In this document: positions 9,801 through 16,402 of the stretch, one piece after another | Layout of the letters: each line of letters opens with the position of its first letter | Position numbering within the stretch: position 1 is the first letter of the stretch | Assembly: GCA_938091905.1 (NCBI GenBank) | Contig: CALKOM010000186.1 | Coordinates: 1-16,719 of the forward strand | Direction of reading: 5' to 3' | Length of the DNA stretch: 16,719 nucleotides | Source: an uncultured Verrucomicrobiales bacterium | GTDB taxonomy: Bacteria > Verrucomicrobiota > Verrucomicrobiia > Verrucomicrobiales > DEV007 | Notes under the pieces: generated by a model | The model's input: only the letters and a program-made list of their open reading frames with translations | Database searches by the model: none | Told to the model about the DNA's origin: nothing | Translations under genes and position numbers: made by a program

Positions 9801-10445
9801 AACTATGGGATTCTCTGGAGTGGCCTTGGCTCCGTCGGTCGCGGGAATGAACGTGTTCGTTTCGTCCAAGTGACCTAGGGTGCCATCGGTCAAGGTGTAG
9901 AGCCAGCGCACTGGCATGGGCAAAAGGTTCGAGCCGCTGCTCGTCAGATTGGATTCCGTGATGGCAAAGCCCTCGGCATCGGATCGTGGGTCAGCGATAG
10001 GGTAAACGAGGTCATCGTCGCGGAAACTCGGTTGATTGAGGTCGACAAACTCGGCCAAACGCACGTGCCAATCAGTAGGGAGATCGTTGGCTGTCTTCTC
10101 TTCTTTTCCGGTCACCATGTTGGCGGCGGTGTAGAGTTTGAAGAGCTTATCCAGCTCTCCTGCTGCCGTGTAAGTCCGGATGGCTCCTGGCTGACTCGTC
10201 CAAGGTTTGGGGGTGCCATCTTTCTCTTCTTGGGACGCGCCCTGACGGATTTGCGACACGGCAAGATTGACTGCGAAATCTCCTAGCTGGCGGGTTCGGA
10301 CACTATCCGCGTAGGCTGAGGTGGAACGCCGATGCGTCGAACTCACACTCAGCACCCCGATCGCGGCCACGGCAAGCAGCGCCAGCATGAGCAGCGTCAC
10401 GACAATGGCCAAGCCACGTTCCCGGTCACTCAACCTAGCTTTCAT
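6831..10445 (-). CDS. vccA: Verru_Chthon cassette protein A (TIGR02600-type; PilX-like N-terminus)
   Basis: Prepilin-like leader MKARLSDRERG|LAIVVTLLMLALL, plus family motifs WTSQPGAIR, MPVRWLY, NPIVGRFAFWVDDETSKINVNT, EFQRFPGHPA, GDFDNG..PDGPYINRPDDG, PSPVMFGSLPTG, PWQTLLFRP, LTGDNTKERPY and RLTTRSN. ATG 10445 overlaps the upstream TGA (ATGA). Confidence 0.92.
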   Translation of the reverse strand: MKARLSDRERGLAIVVTLLMLALLAVAAIGVLSVSSTHRRSTSAYADSVRTRQLGDFAVNLAVSQIRQGASQEEKDGTPKPWTSQPGAIRTYTAAGELDKLFKLYTAANMVTGKEEKTANDLPTDWHVRLAEFVDLNQPSFRDDDLVYPIADPRSDAEGFAITESNLTSSGSNLLPMPVRWLYTLTDGTLGHLDETNTFIPATDGAKATPENPIVGRFAFWVDDETSKINVNTGSEGVFWDTPRVDTKEERALASFQPARGEFQRFPGHPAMVSLSSVLLPQHRFHATHSQSRLTSMTLEDAEQLWDLAPITNANSPLSSAGGTKVPKGMTSHHAYDRPLVEDPYYTRLRSPHELYWDRRSREPHAFFQRHPEAARRLQRSQFLLTDRNAAPETTLFGTPRISIWPIHSSLDPATGKITSQANKVSLYDNKAALASYIGDQKYYITRSQAWDGEADFRFYRAGSFENEQIFRYLQRLTDRPVPGFAQGGTFAGKYGGGPNDDRDNILLSMMDYARLTNLNDGSLDEASQFCVVCAGNEHVGFGQVTPLIEAKPGKDQDLKAPKGIGRVLTASEVGFLFVCRAEVDSGGVIRGTPSAKNRKHLIEPGDRELEVGLILEGFVPSHGWGEYRPYASVAVGHVPTGKMADTESNELPYISVCDVPLELDRRSRTAKTGLDLPHNWKAWGGGLGARAFSEQLIQFEPIVVSGIQEHLTFSGTEADGKTLSLSFYDTPESADSNRASGDLVQTVVIKAPPISDNVLRLPRMPEASIPATLKKRWLGALQGEQWLAAGDVLQSVVPNHGDHRLIAGKRFVHDSAFVAHPDWGRKALAHQLTEPNGNPVIGSSHGRQSYIPSLEIPAGQTAPDFAFSSGFAQDRLDGGDRGPSRPHLTGDFDNGVGPAPDGPYINRPDDGESRGYQLGDPYFDVPNPNGKALPKVNPLNFAPQRMLPSPVMFGSLPTGVQANVPWQTLLFRPQQEHYGASGLHDHLLLDFFWMPTVEPFPVSRPFETEGKVNMNHVLEPFHHIQRTTALHALFKAEKLMAIPDKAQRESVGHRHYLDADETLRLWDEEVFAKGRTFLSASQICEIPLVPEGETGSRASMEAFWDRHRLTGDNTKERPYAHLHPRLTTRSNSFRIHFMAQSIKKARTTPPNRFISGKDQVLGETTGNRRVERVIDHTHPNLPNYLQDSDAPSLSRFVRYQLSN

Positions 10446-11785
10446 GCCGTTAGGCTGACATGAAGCCGGTGATAGGTGGCGTGCTCGCCCATAGGGCATT
10501 GATAGACCATTTCGCGCAGACCGTTGAGCGCGAGATTGCTAGAGACTAGGGTAAAGGCATCTCCATTCTCCCAAGTGATGAGATCATCAGAAGTTTGGAT
10601 CACGACCACAAGGTCAGATTCTTCATCAAGGGCGGCTTGCCTATAGTAACTGAGCTCTAACATCTCCCCAACCTGAATCACATAAGGAACGGCCAAGTCC
10701 GCATCCTTGTTGTAGGGGTCTGCACCGAAGGCATACTCCACGAGATTGGTTAGGCCATCGTCGTCGAAGTCCGCGTCGAGACCACTGATCTCCTCACTCA
10801 GATTATCAGCTTCTTGGCCTGTGTGAGAACTGAAGTTCAGAAAGGTCGTGTTTCGCCAGTCGTCATAGAGAAGGGGCGCAAAGACCGCCGTGACCGCTTC
10901 ATCCTGCTTTGCGAAGGTCACGGTGATCGCCTCGCTTTCGGTCACACCTTCCTGGTAGACCCAGCCCACATGTTCGAATCCAGGTTCAGGTTCGGCCAAC
11001 AAATCGAAAGAGGCACCTGAACGATGGAAACGCTGCTCCTCGTCGTCCGGGAGGTCTTTGATGATGGCGCCAATGGGCCCCTCACGCACACGCGGGAGAT
11101 TCGAGCCTAACAAGAGGTAACCCAGCTCTTGAACAAAGGGGTGCGCCTGAACGGTATCAAGCTGGGCCTCCCAGATTGGCATCGACCCACCTGACGACGC
11201 GAATTTCAGAATGAACTGAGTGACCGCCAAACCCGTGAGATCCCATTGAAGCGCCGCGATCAAGCGCTCTGAGAACTGACCGGTAGCAGGATCATCCAAT
11301 GCTTTGAAGTCAGCCTCCAAACTGGCGGTTTTTCCATCAGGGAGTTCATACTCCAATCGGATATCATCAAGATCGAGACGGCGCCCCCCAGTCATCGTTT
11401 GAAAGATGACATTGGTGAATGGTTCATCCTCGGCGGGAATCAGCTCCACTTCGAAAGCCGTCGGTGCCCGAAAGTCATAGATAGCACCAGACGAGGTGAT
11501 GAAGGCGTTGGGACTCCCTGTTTGTTTGAAACTCAAGCCCTCTGCGAGGCTGCCGACATTGCCTTCGGTATCCGTGCCGCTGAGCAGCCCAGGTGCGTTG
11601 TTAAAATCGTAGTTCGTCCCATCCGAACCCGAGGAGAAGAGATCCCAATAGGCGAAGTATGTCTCTCCTTGGGTACGAATGGCAGGAATGACGAACTCTC
11701 CCGCAATCTGGGCATGTGAGGGTAGCGTACCTGCGATAAGGAGGAGCGTGATGGACACGAAATTCCGCAATGAGTACTGAGGCAT
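10442..11785 (-). CDS. Secreted multidomain protein (unknown N-terminal beta domain, InlB-B-repeat-like module, Verrucomicrobial acidic C-terminal domain)
   Basis: Signal peptide (..LPSHA|Q); YWDLF and FITSSGAIY motifs; LLAEPEPGFEHVGW..ITVTF..VTAVFAP module; YDDWR...DADFDDDGLTNLVEYAFGADP...QTSDDLITW...YHRLHV tail. Confidence 0.85.
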   Translation of the reverse strand: MPQYSLRNFVSITLLLIAGTLPSHAQIAGEFVIPAIRTQGETYFAYWDLFSSGSDGTNYDFNNAPGLLSGTDTEGNVGSLAEGLSFKQTGSPNAFITSSGAIYDFRAPTAFEVELIPAEDEPFTNVIFQTMTGGRRLDLDDIRLEYELPDGKTASLEADFKALDDPATGQFSERLIAALQWDLTGLAVTQFILKFASSGGSMPIWEAQLDTVQAHPFVQELGYLLLGSNLPRVREGPIGAIIKDLPDDEEQRFHRSGASFDLLAEPEPGFEHVGWVYQEGVTESEAITVTFAKQDEAVTAVFAPLLYDDWRNTTFLNFSSHTGQEADNLSEEISGLDADFDDDGLTNLVEYAFGADPYNKDADLAVPYVIQVGEMLELSYYRQAALDEESDLVVVIQTSDDLITWENGDAFTLVSSNLALNGLREMVYQCPMGEHATYHRLHVSLTA

Positions 11786-11817
11786 GGACTGATCGTAGAC
11801 CGCATGCGCGTGGGCAT

Positions 11818-11851
11818 TGTCGCTGCCTTGTCATTCTTTGATGGCCGCTTG
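11818..11851 (-). promoter_or_regulatory. Tandem direct repeat, candidate AraC site #2
   Basis: Minus strand CAAGCGGCCATCA (11851-11839) and CAAGGCAGCGACA (11830-11818), period 21, ending 32 nt before ATG 11785. Confidence 0.55.
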
Positions 11852-11881
11852 CGCTCTCTGTGGACAACTGCTCCGCAATGG

Positions 11882-11915
11882 CATGGCACCGCTAGGCAAT
11901 GACAAGGGGCCGTTA
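11882..11915 (+). promoter_or_regulatory. Tandem direct repeat, candidate AraC site #3
   Basis: CATGGCACCGCTA (11882-11894) and CAAGGGGCCGTTA (11903-11915), period 21, ending 35 nt before ATG 11951. Confidence 0.6.
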
Positions 11916-11950
11916 GCGGGCCGGGCATTCTAGATAAGTGTACGACCACC

Positions 11951-12175
11951 ATGGCACACATCGACACCTACTACCGAATCAATGCGAAAGCGCCTCTATC
12001 AGATGCCCTTCTTGAGCGTATTGCCCGAGTTCGGGAGCTTTCACGTGCTGCCAAGACTCATAAAGAGAAGAAGAAATTAGCATTGAAGTTAGGTGTGCGT
12101 TCAAAAACGCAAGGAGCCGTCAATCAAACGCAAGCGAACGTTAGCAGCACGTTGCGTCCGTGCTTGGATGAATGA
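11951..12175 (+). CDS. Small basic hypothetical protein
   Basis: 74-aa ORF (MAHIDTYYRINAKAPLS...) filling the gap between the repeat site and the PEP-CTERM gene, which starts 3 nt after its stop. Confidence 0.6.
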   Translation: MAHIDTYYRINAKAPLSDALLERIARVRELSRAAKTHKEKKKLALKLGVRSKTQGAVNQTQANVSSTLRPCLDE

Positions 12176-12178
12176 ATC

Positions 12179-12850
12179 ATGACAACTTCATCTATCCCTA
12201 TTAAATCACTGCTAGCCTTTGGAAGTGTCCTTGGCCTTGCTGCGATGACCTCCTTTGCAGCGACCACGTTCGTTCCTTTACATGGCTTCGATTCCGATGT
12301 TCGAGGAGGCTCAGCGGAGTGGGATCTATTCACCGCACCCTCCGGTTCCCAAGGTGCAGCGCCTGTCAGCGCCGGGCTGAACACGCCCACATCGACGGAC
12401 TTGAACATCAACGTCCTCGTCCCAATTCAATCGCCAGGTGGCATCATCGGTGGGGGTGATTCTTACTATTCTCATAGTGGTGCCTACAGCTTCGAAGTTG
12501 CGGCCGCGTTCTCTGTCGGCATCGACTTTGCGCGAGTCAGTTACGCGCTGGTGGGCTCTCAAGGTGCACCAGATCCCTTTCCAATCGCACCCGATATCGC
12601 GGCGGCAACGTCATTGGGTTCAGGCAGTTACGCTGACGGGACCAATACCATCTTCTACACTGACTTCGAACTTGGCAGCACCGCGACGGACATCACAGCG
12701 ACGTTCGGCGATGCGCCTGCGCCGTTCTCAAGCTTCCGCTCAATCAATGGTGTTCGGATCGAAGGATTATCAGCGGCGCCTATTCCTGAGCCGAGCTCAA
12801 CAGTGTTGCTCTTGTTAGGAGTCGGGTTCTTCGTGCGACGTCGCCGCTAG
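12179..12850 (+). CDS. PEP-CTERM sorting-domain surface protein
   Basis: N-terminal signal peptide (..AAMTSFA|A) and C-terminal IPEPSSTVLLLLGVGFFVRRRR. Confidence 0.95.
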   Translation: MTTSSIPIKSLLAFGSVLGLAAMTSFAATTFVPLHGFDSDVRGGSAEWDLFTAPSGSQGAAPVSAGLNTPTSTDLNINVLVPIQSPGGIIGGGDSYYSHSGAYSFEVAAAFSVGIDFARVSYALVGSQGAPDPFPIAPDIAAATSLGSGSYADGTNTIFYTDFELGSTATDITATFGDAPAPFSSFRSINGVRIEGLSAAPIPEPSSTVLLLLGVGFFVRRRR

Positions 12851-12869
12851 TTCTTTCCGTTAGAACTAG
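12847..12869 (+). terminator. Hairpin at PEP-CTERM stop (possible terminator or processing site)
   Basis: CTAGTTCT-ttccgtt-AGAACTAG, 8-bp perfect stem, no U-tract. Confidence 0.35.
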
Positions 12870-12894
12870 AGCAAACTACGTTGATCCGAAAGCG

Positions 12895-12928
12895 CAAGGC
12901 ACCGGCAAAGATCCGCAAAGTAACGGCA
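12895..12928 (+). promoter_or_regulatory. Tandem direct repeat, candidate AraC site #4
   Basis: CAAGGCACCGGCA (12895-12907) and CAAAGTAACGGCA (12916-12928), period 21, ending 36 nt before ATG 12965. Confidence 0.5.
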
Positions 12929-12964
12929 GCCAAGGCCGCTTCTTCGGTGAATTATCTTATAGTT

Positions 12965-14059
12965 ATGAAACCACATTCTGTTCTTATCGTAAGCCTTCTT
13001 GGTCTGTTCTCACTTGTTGCCGATCCAAAGCCCTCGGAGGTATCCCCGCCGACAGACGAGGTTGTAAAGGTGTCCGATGTTAATGAACTAGAAGTGACGA
13101 CGACCGAGCCCGACCCATGTGCTTCGCCCGTCGCCACGGCGATGGCAGAGATGGAGAAGACATCTCGTGAACTCTTGTTGGCAACGAAAGCGCCGCTTCA
13201 AGATCGGCAGGCCATTCTTGCCATGGCGGGCGAGTATGAGGTGACGTTCGATTTCCAAGAGACCATCGCTCTCACATCAACCTATGAACTCAAGAAGCCT
13301 TACAGCGCGGATGCGAAGGAGCTGGTGGAAGTGATCGTGGACGACGGCAACAGGATCATTCTTCAGCACCTCTTATGCATGAATGACGGGGAGACCGTGA
13401 TCAAGCACTGGAAACAGGAGTGGCGTTATGAGGACCCCACACTTTACGAATACGTCGATGTGCAAACATGGAAGCTCCGTGAACTCTCAGAAGACGAGCG
13501 TCGCGGGACCTGGACGCAGAAGGTGGCTCAAGTTGACGATAGCCCACGCTACGAAAGCTATGGACGATGGACCAATCATCGTAATGTCTCGTCCTGGGAG
13601 TCAGACTTGACACAACGTCCGCTGCCGCGTCGCGAGTACACCAAACGCAAAGACTACACAGTCATGATGGCGCGCAATCGACACACCATCACCCCGAATG
13701 CGTGGACTCATGAGCAAGACAACTTCAAGCAGATCTCCCACGATGAAGGAAGCCCTGTGCTCTGTCGTGAAGTCGGGTTCAACGCCTACATTCGCACTGA
13801 CGAGCACAACTTCGAAACGGCGCGCAGCTATTGGAGCGAAACGAAAGCCTTCTGGTCAGCCGTTTCCGACACTTGGGACCAGCATCTCGATGCCCACGAC
13901 GGCTTTGTTCTCAAGAAGACCGTCGAAACGCGGCCTGCTTACAAACATCTCTTCTACATGGCTAAGAAATCTCGTGAGGAAGGTGGCAAACACTTGCAAG
14001 AACAACTCGCGAAAGCAGACGCTATCATTGGCCGATTTTTCGAGGCCTCCGGAAGTTGA
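12965..14059 (+). CDS. DUF6607-family exported protein
   Basis: DRQAILAMAGEYEVTFDFQET, IILQHLL..VIKHWKQEWRYE, GTWTQKVAQVDDSPRYE, RPLPRREYTKRKDY, WTHEQDNFK, REVGFNAY. Signal-like start MKPHSVLIVSLLGLFSLVA at ATG 12965 rather than TTG 12881. Confidence 0.85.
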   Translation: MKPHSVLIVSLLGLFSLVADPKPSEVSPPTDEVVKVSDVNELEVTTTEPDPCASPVATAMAEMEKTSRELLLATKAPLQDRQAILAMAGEYEVTFDFQETIALTSTYELKKPYSADAKELVEVIVDDGNRIILQHLLCMNDGETVIKHWKQEWRYEDPTLYEYVDVQTWKLRELSEDERRGTWTQKVAQVDDSPRYESYGRWTNHRNVSSWESDLTQRPLPRREYTKRKDYTVMMARNRHTITPNAWTHEQDNFKQISHDEGSPVLCREVGFNAYIRTDEHNFETARSYWSETKAFWSAVSDTWDQHLDAHDGFVLKKTVETRPAYKHLFYMAKKSREEGGKHLQEQLAKADAIIGRFFEASGS

Positions 14060-14172
14060 TGGGCTGCCGCTAAAGCTCCTTGGTTAAGCCTGTGTTGATA
14101 GGCGTGATGGCAAACGTGGGACCGTTAGGCCTTTGCTCATCTTCATAGTTGAACTCTCAACATTGGCTTTCC

Positions 14173-14217
14173 AGCCGCTACCGGTGCGCGTCACACTGGT
14201 AGCGGCTTCTCTATTTC
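14173..14217 (+). terminator. Probable intrinsic terminator after the DUF6607 gene
   Basis: AGCCGCTACCGGTG-cgcgtca-CACTGGTAGCGGCT (14-bp stem with one G.U pair) followed by TCTCTATTTC. Confidence 0.7.
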
Positions 14218-14235
14218 TAAATATAACGGATAGCG

Positions 14236-14269
14236 CAAGGCAGCGCGAGCAATAGACAAGACACCGTTA
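14236..14269 (+). promoter_or_regulatory. Tandem direct repeat, candidate AraC site #5
   Basis: CAAGGCAGCGCGA (14236-14248) and CAAGACACCGTTA (14257-14269), period 21, ending 31 nt before ATG 14301. Confidence 0.6.
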
Positions 14270-14300
14270 GCAGACATCGATTCGCCATCGAAGGTCGGGT

Positions 14301-15398
14301 ATGAATCAATATTTAGGGATGGCTATCATTGGCTTGCTAACACTGCAATCGGCGCACGCCACCATCACCCTAACGGTCAGTCGTGATGAGATGTCTTCAG
14401 GCTTTCTATTCGAGGCTCCATCATTGCGAGGAGGGCAAGAGGCGTCTAGTAGGAACGTGAACGAGGTGTCCGCACCCTTGCCGTTCGGCGTGCGGGGCGA
14501 CCGCACCTATCTTTCTTTCCCTACGTTCACACCAACGTCATTCACTGGTACCATTGCCAAGGCAACCCTACGTTTAGAGACGCTTGAACGGGGTTTCGGG
14601 CTCGTCTCGCCATCAGAGGAGGAGCCGTTTCAGGTTAGCATCCATGCTTTCTCGCAAAGTCCGAACGAGATTGACGCCATGGTGACTGAGGGCGAGCAAT
14701 CCCTTGGCTACTTCGAAGAGAACTATTATGGCGACGTGATTGACGCCATGGTGACTGAGGGCGAGCAATCCCTTGGCTACTTCGAGGAGAACTATTATGG
14801 CGACGTGATTGACACCCAAGAACTCACGGGCTTCGGAATCGTGGAGTGGGATCTGACGTCCGTGGTGAATGCTTGGATCAGTGGAGCGAACGCTGTCTTT
14901 GCGTTGGCCATCACTGGAAGTGATTCCGTGAGTGCAGATCATGCCATAGGCATCTACAACAGCACGTGGGCGCTGCTCGATGGGCAACAAGTCCCAGAGA
15001 TTGTGATCGAAGAAGAAGCGGAGCTTTCTTCCTATGCGCAATGGAAGCAAGCGACGCTGGGTGCCGTCGATGGGGAGGATCCAGATGCGGATGGGCGCAG
15101 TAACCTGTTAGAGTATGCGTTGGGCAGCGACCCTCTGCAGGTCGATCCTGATCTCATGGTCGCTTACAAGTACGGGGCTTGGCATCTCTCTGAGGCACTG
15201 GACGCCTCGCCACCCAATGACGTGATTGTTAGCATTCAGTATTCGCTGACTCTGAGTGGCGACGATTGGCAGATCCTAGCAAGCCGCCAGGCAGGCAGTG
15301 CTTGGGAACATGGCGACGTTGACGATCGCCTGCAGGCGAGGATGAGCAGCCATCGCGCAGGCTTTGCCCGCGTCGTCGTCGATTTCTTGAATCTGTAG
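14301..15398 (+). CDS. Secreted protein with DNRLRE-like domain and Verrucomicrobial acidic C-terminal domain
   Basis: Signal peptide (..LQSAHA|T); RTYLSF..GTIAKATLRL and WDLTSVVNAWISG.N motifs typical of DNRLRE-type domains; SYAQWK...EDPDADGRSNLLEYALGSDP...QYSLTLSGDDW...FARVVV tail. Confidence 0.8.
   Translation: MNQYLGMAIIGLLTLQSAHATITLTVSRDEMSSGFLFEAPSLRGGQEASSRNVNEVSAPLPFGVRGDRTYLSFPTFTPTSFTGTIAKATLRLETLERGFGLVSPSEEEPFQVSIHAFSQSPNEIDAMVTEGEQSLGYFEENYYGDVIDAMVTEGEQSLGYFEENYYGDVIDTQELTGFGIVEWDLTSVVNAWISGANAVFALAITGSDSVSADHAIGIYNSTWALLDGQQVPEIVIEEEAELSSYAQWKQATLGAVDGEDPDADGRSNLLEYALGSDPLQVDPDLMVAYKYGAWHLSEALDASPPNDVIVSIQYSLTLSGDDWQILASRQAGSAWEHGDVDDRLQARMSSHRAGFARVVVDFLNL
14669..14813 (+). 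repeat. In-frame 69-bp tandem duplication
   Basis: 14669-14737 and 14738-14806 are identical except A14717/G14786, followed by a third GATTGAC at 14807-14813. Encodes IDAMVTEGEQSLGYFEENYYGDV twice. Confidence 0.97.
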
Positions 15399-15408
15399 TA
15401 TCGAGGCC

Positions 15409-15831
15409 ATGTCTCTCATCAATCACGTACTGCACACGGACAACGCCGAAAGTCATGCTCGCCACGTCGTAGACGGGCTGCGAGCAGCGGGGCATCGAGC
15501 TGGCTTCGTGTGCTGTGATCGGCTCACGATCAATGCGCTCAGAGGCATGGCCTCTGTCATCATGATCGTCGGCCCTTCGGAGAAGAGCCCCTTCATGGAA
15601 GCGCTGTTTAGCGCCTCCAACCTGCAACTGCGCTCGACTCTGGTTGCCGTGCGAACGCTGGATGAACATTTCAGTGCGACAGCGCAACGTCTTGTGAATC
15701 ATTTCCAACGGCATGGAGGGCAACTGCTAGCCTCGGCGGAATCAGCTACCCTACCATTCGAGGACTGGATCCAAGTGCTTGCTGGCAACTTACCTCGTCC
15801 AAGGCGCCCTTTGATGCCATTGGCCTATTGA
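15409..15831 (+). CDS. Hypothetical protein, probable degenerate flavodoxin-like fold
   Basis: GAGG RBS, 10 nt after the upstream stop. Alternating beta/alpha pattern with NAESHA, VIMIV, LVAVRTLDEHF, GGQLL and FEDW segments parallels flavodoxin/MioC; canonical FMN-binding loops are eroded. Confidence 0.55.
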   Translation: MSLINHVLHTDNAESHARHVVDGLRAAGHRAGFVCCDRLTINALRGMASVIMIVGPSEKSPFMEALFSASNLQLRSTLVAVRTLDEHFSATAQRLVNHFQRHGGQLLASAESATLPFEDWIQVLAGNLPRPRRPLMPLAY

Positions 15832-15870
15832 TCGTCAAGGTCGAAAGCGGCGTGTGGGCTATTCCGCGTT

Positions 15871-16402
15871 ATGGATGGTGAATCAACACACTTCAAGCGA
15901 GCCGCAGGACCTCTTTTAGTTGCCGGATCTTTGTTAGTCTTGGCCCCTCTCATGGTCCACCAACCGTCTGCGACAGGCCAATCAGAGGCAGGCGCTGAGG
16001 ACGAGGGGGGGGGTGGTCGAGTTGGCCCCCTACATGAGCCAGCTCCAAACCTTGACGCATAAGCTCGGCCTCTCCATTCAGCATTCCAATCACCGTCTAG
16101 CGGAATTCTATCTCTATGAGACCTTGGAAGCTCTTGAGGACATCAAGATCGAAGTCCCCGAATATCGTGGTCAAGCGATCGCCTTGTTGGTGGACCGCCT
16201 GGCGACACCGACTTACACGGCGCTTCAGACCGCGATCAAAGAAGACAAGACAGAGGGGCCTGATGTGAATGAGCGTTCGGCAGCGGTCTTCACGGCCGTC
16301 GTGCAGAGCTGCAATCAATGCCACGCCGTGACGAAGCATGAGTTCATCAAGATCACCGACAAACTCGAAGCGAATCCGTTCATCCAAGACTTCAGCAAAT
16401 GA
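15871..16402 (+). pseudogene. c-type cytochrome (C-terminal CxxCH, helical) frameshifted at a G9 tract
   Basis: 15871 onward encodes a signal/anchor segment, and 16013-16402 (+1 frame) encodes ELAPYMSQLQTLTHKL...SCNQCHAVTKHEFI. G9 lies at 16005-16013; removing one G fuses both into a 176-aa ORF. Confidence 0.75.

Noticed and set aside
6885..11967. Short alternative-frame ORFs within vccA and its upstream gene
   Set aside because: Fully nested in long, motif-supported CDSs or spanning the promoter region, with no independent evidence.
12881..12964. N-terminal extension of the DUF6607 ORF from TTG 12881
   Set aside because: It covers the tandem-repeat site; ATG 12965 gives a normal signal peptide.
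14115..14161. Lone half-site CGTGGGACCGTTA and weak GTTGA-ACTC-TCAAC palindrome
   Set aside because: No partner half-site at 21 bp, poor match to the Fur-like element, and located before a terminator rather than a start codon.
14669..14813. CRISPR-like repeat
   Set aside because: Copies are contiguous without spacers and lie in frame within a CDS.
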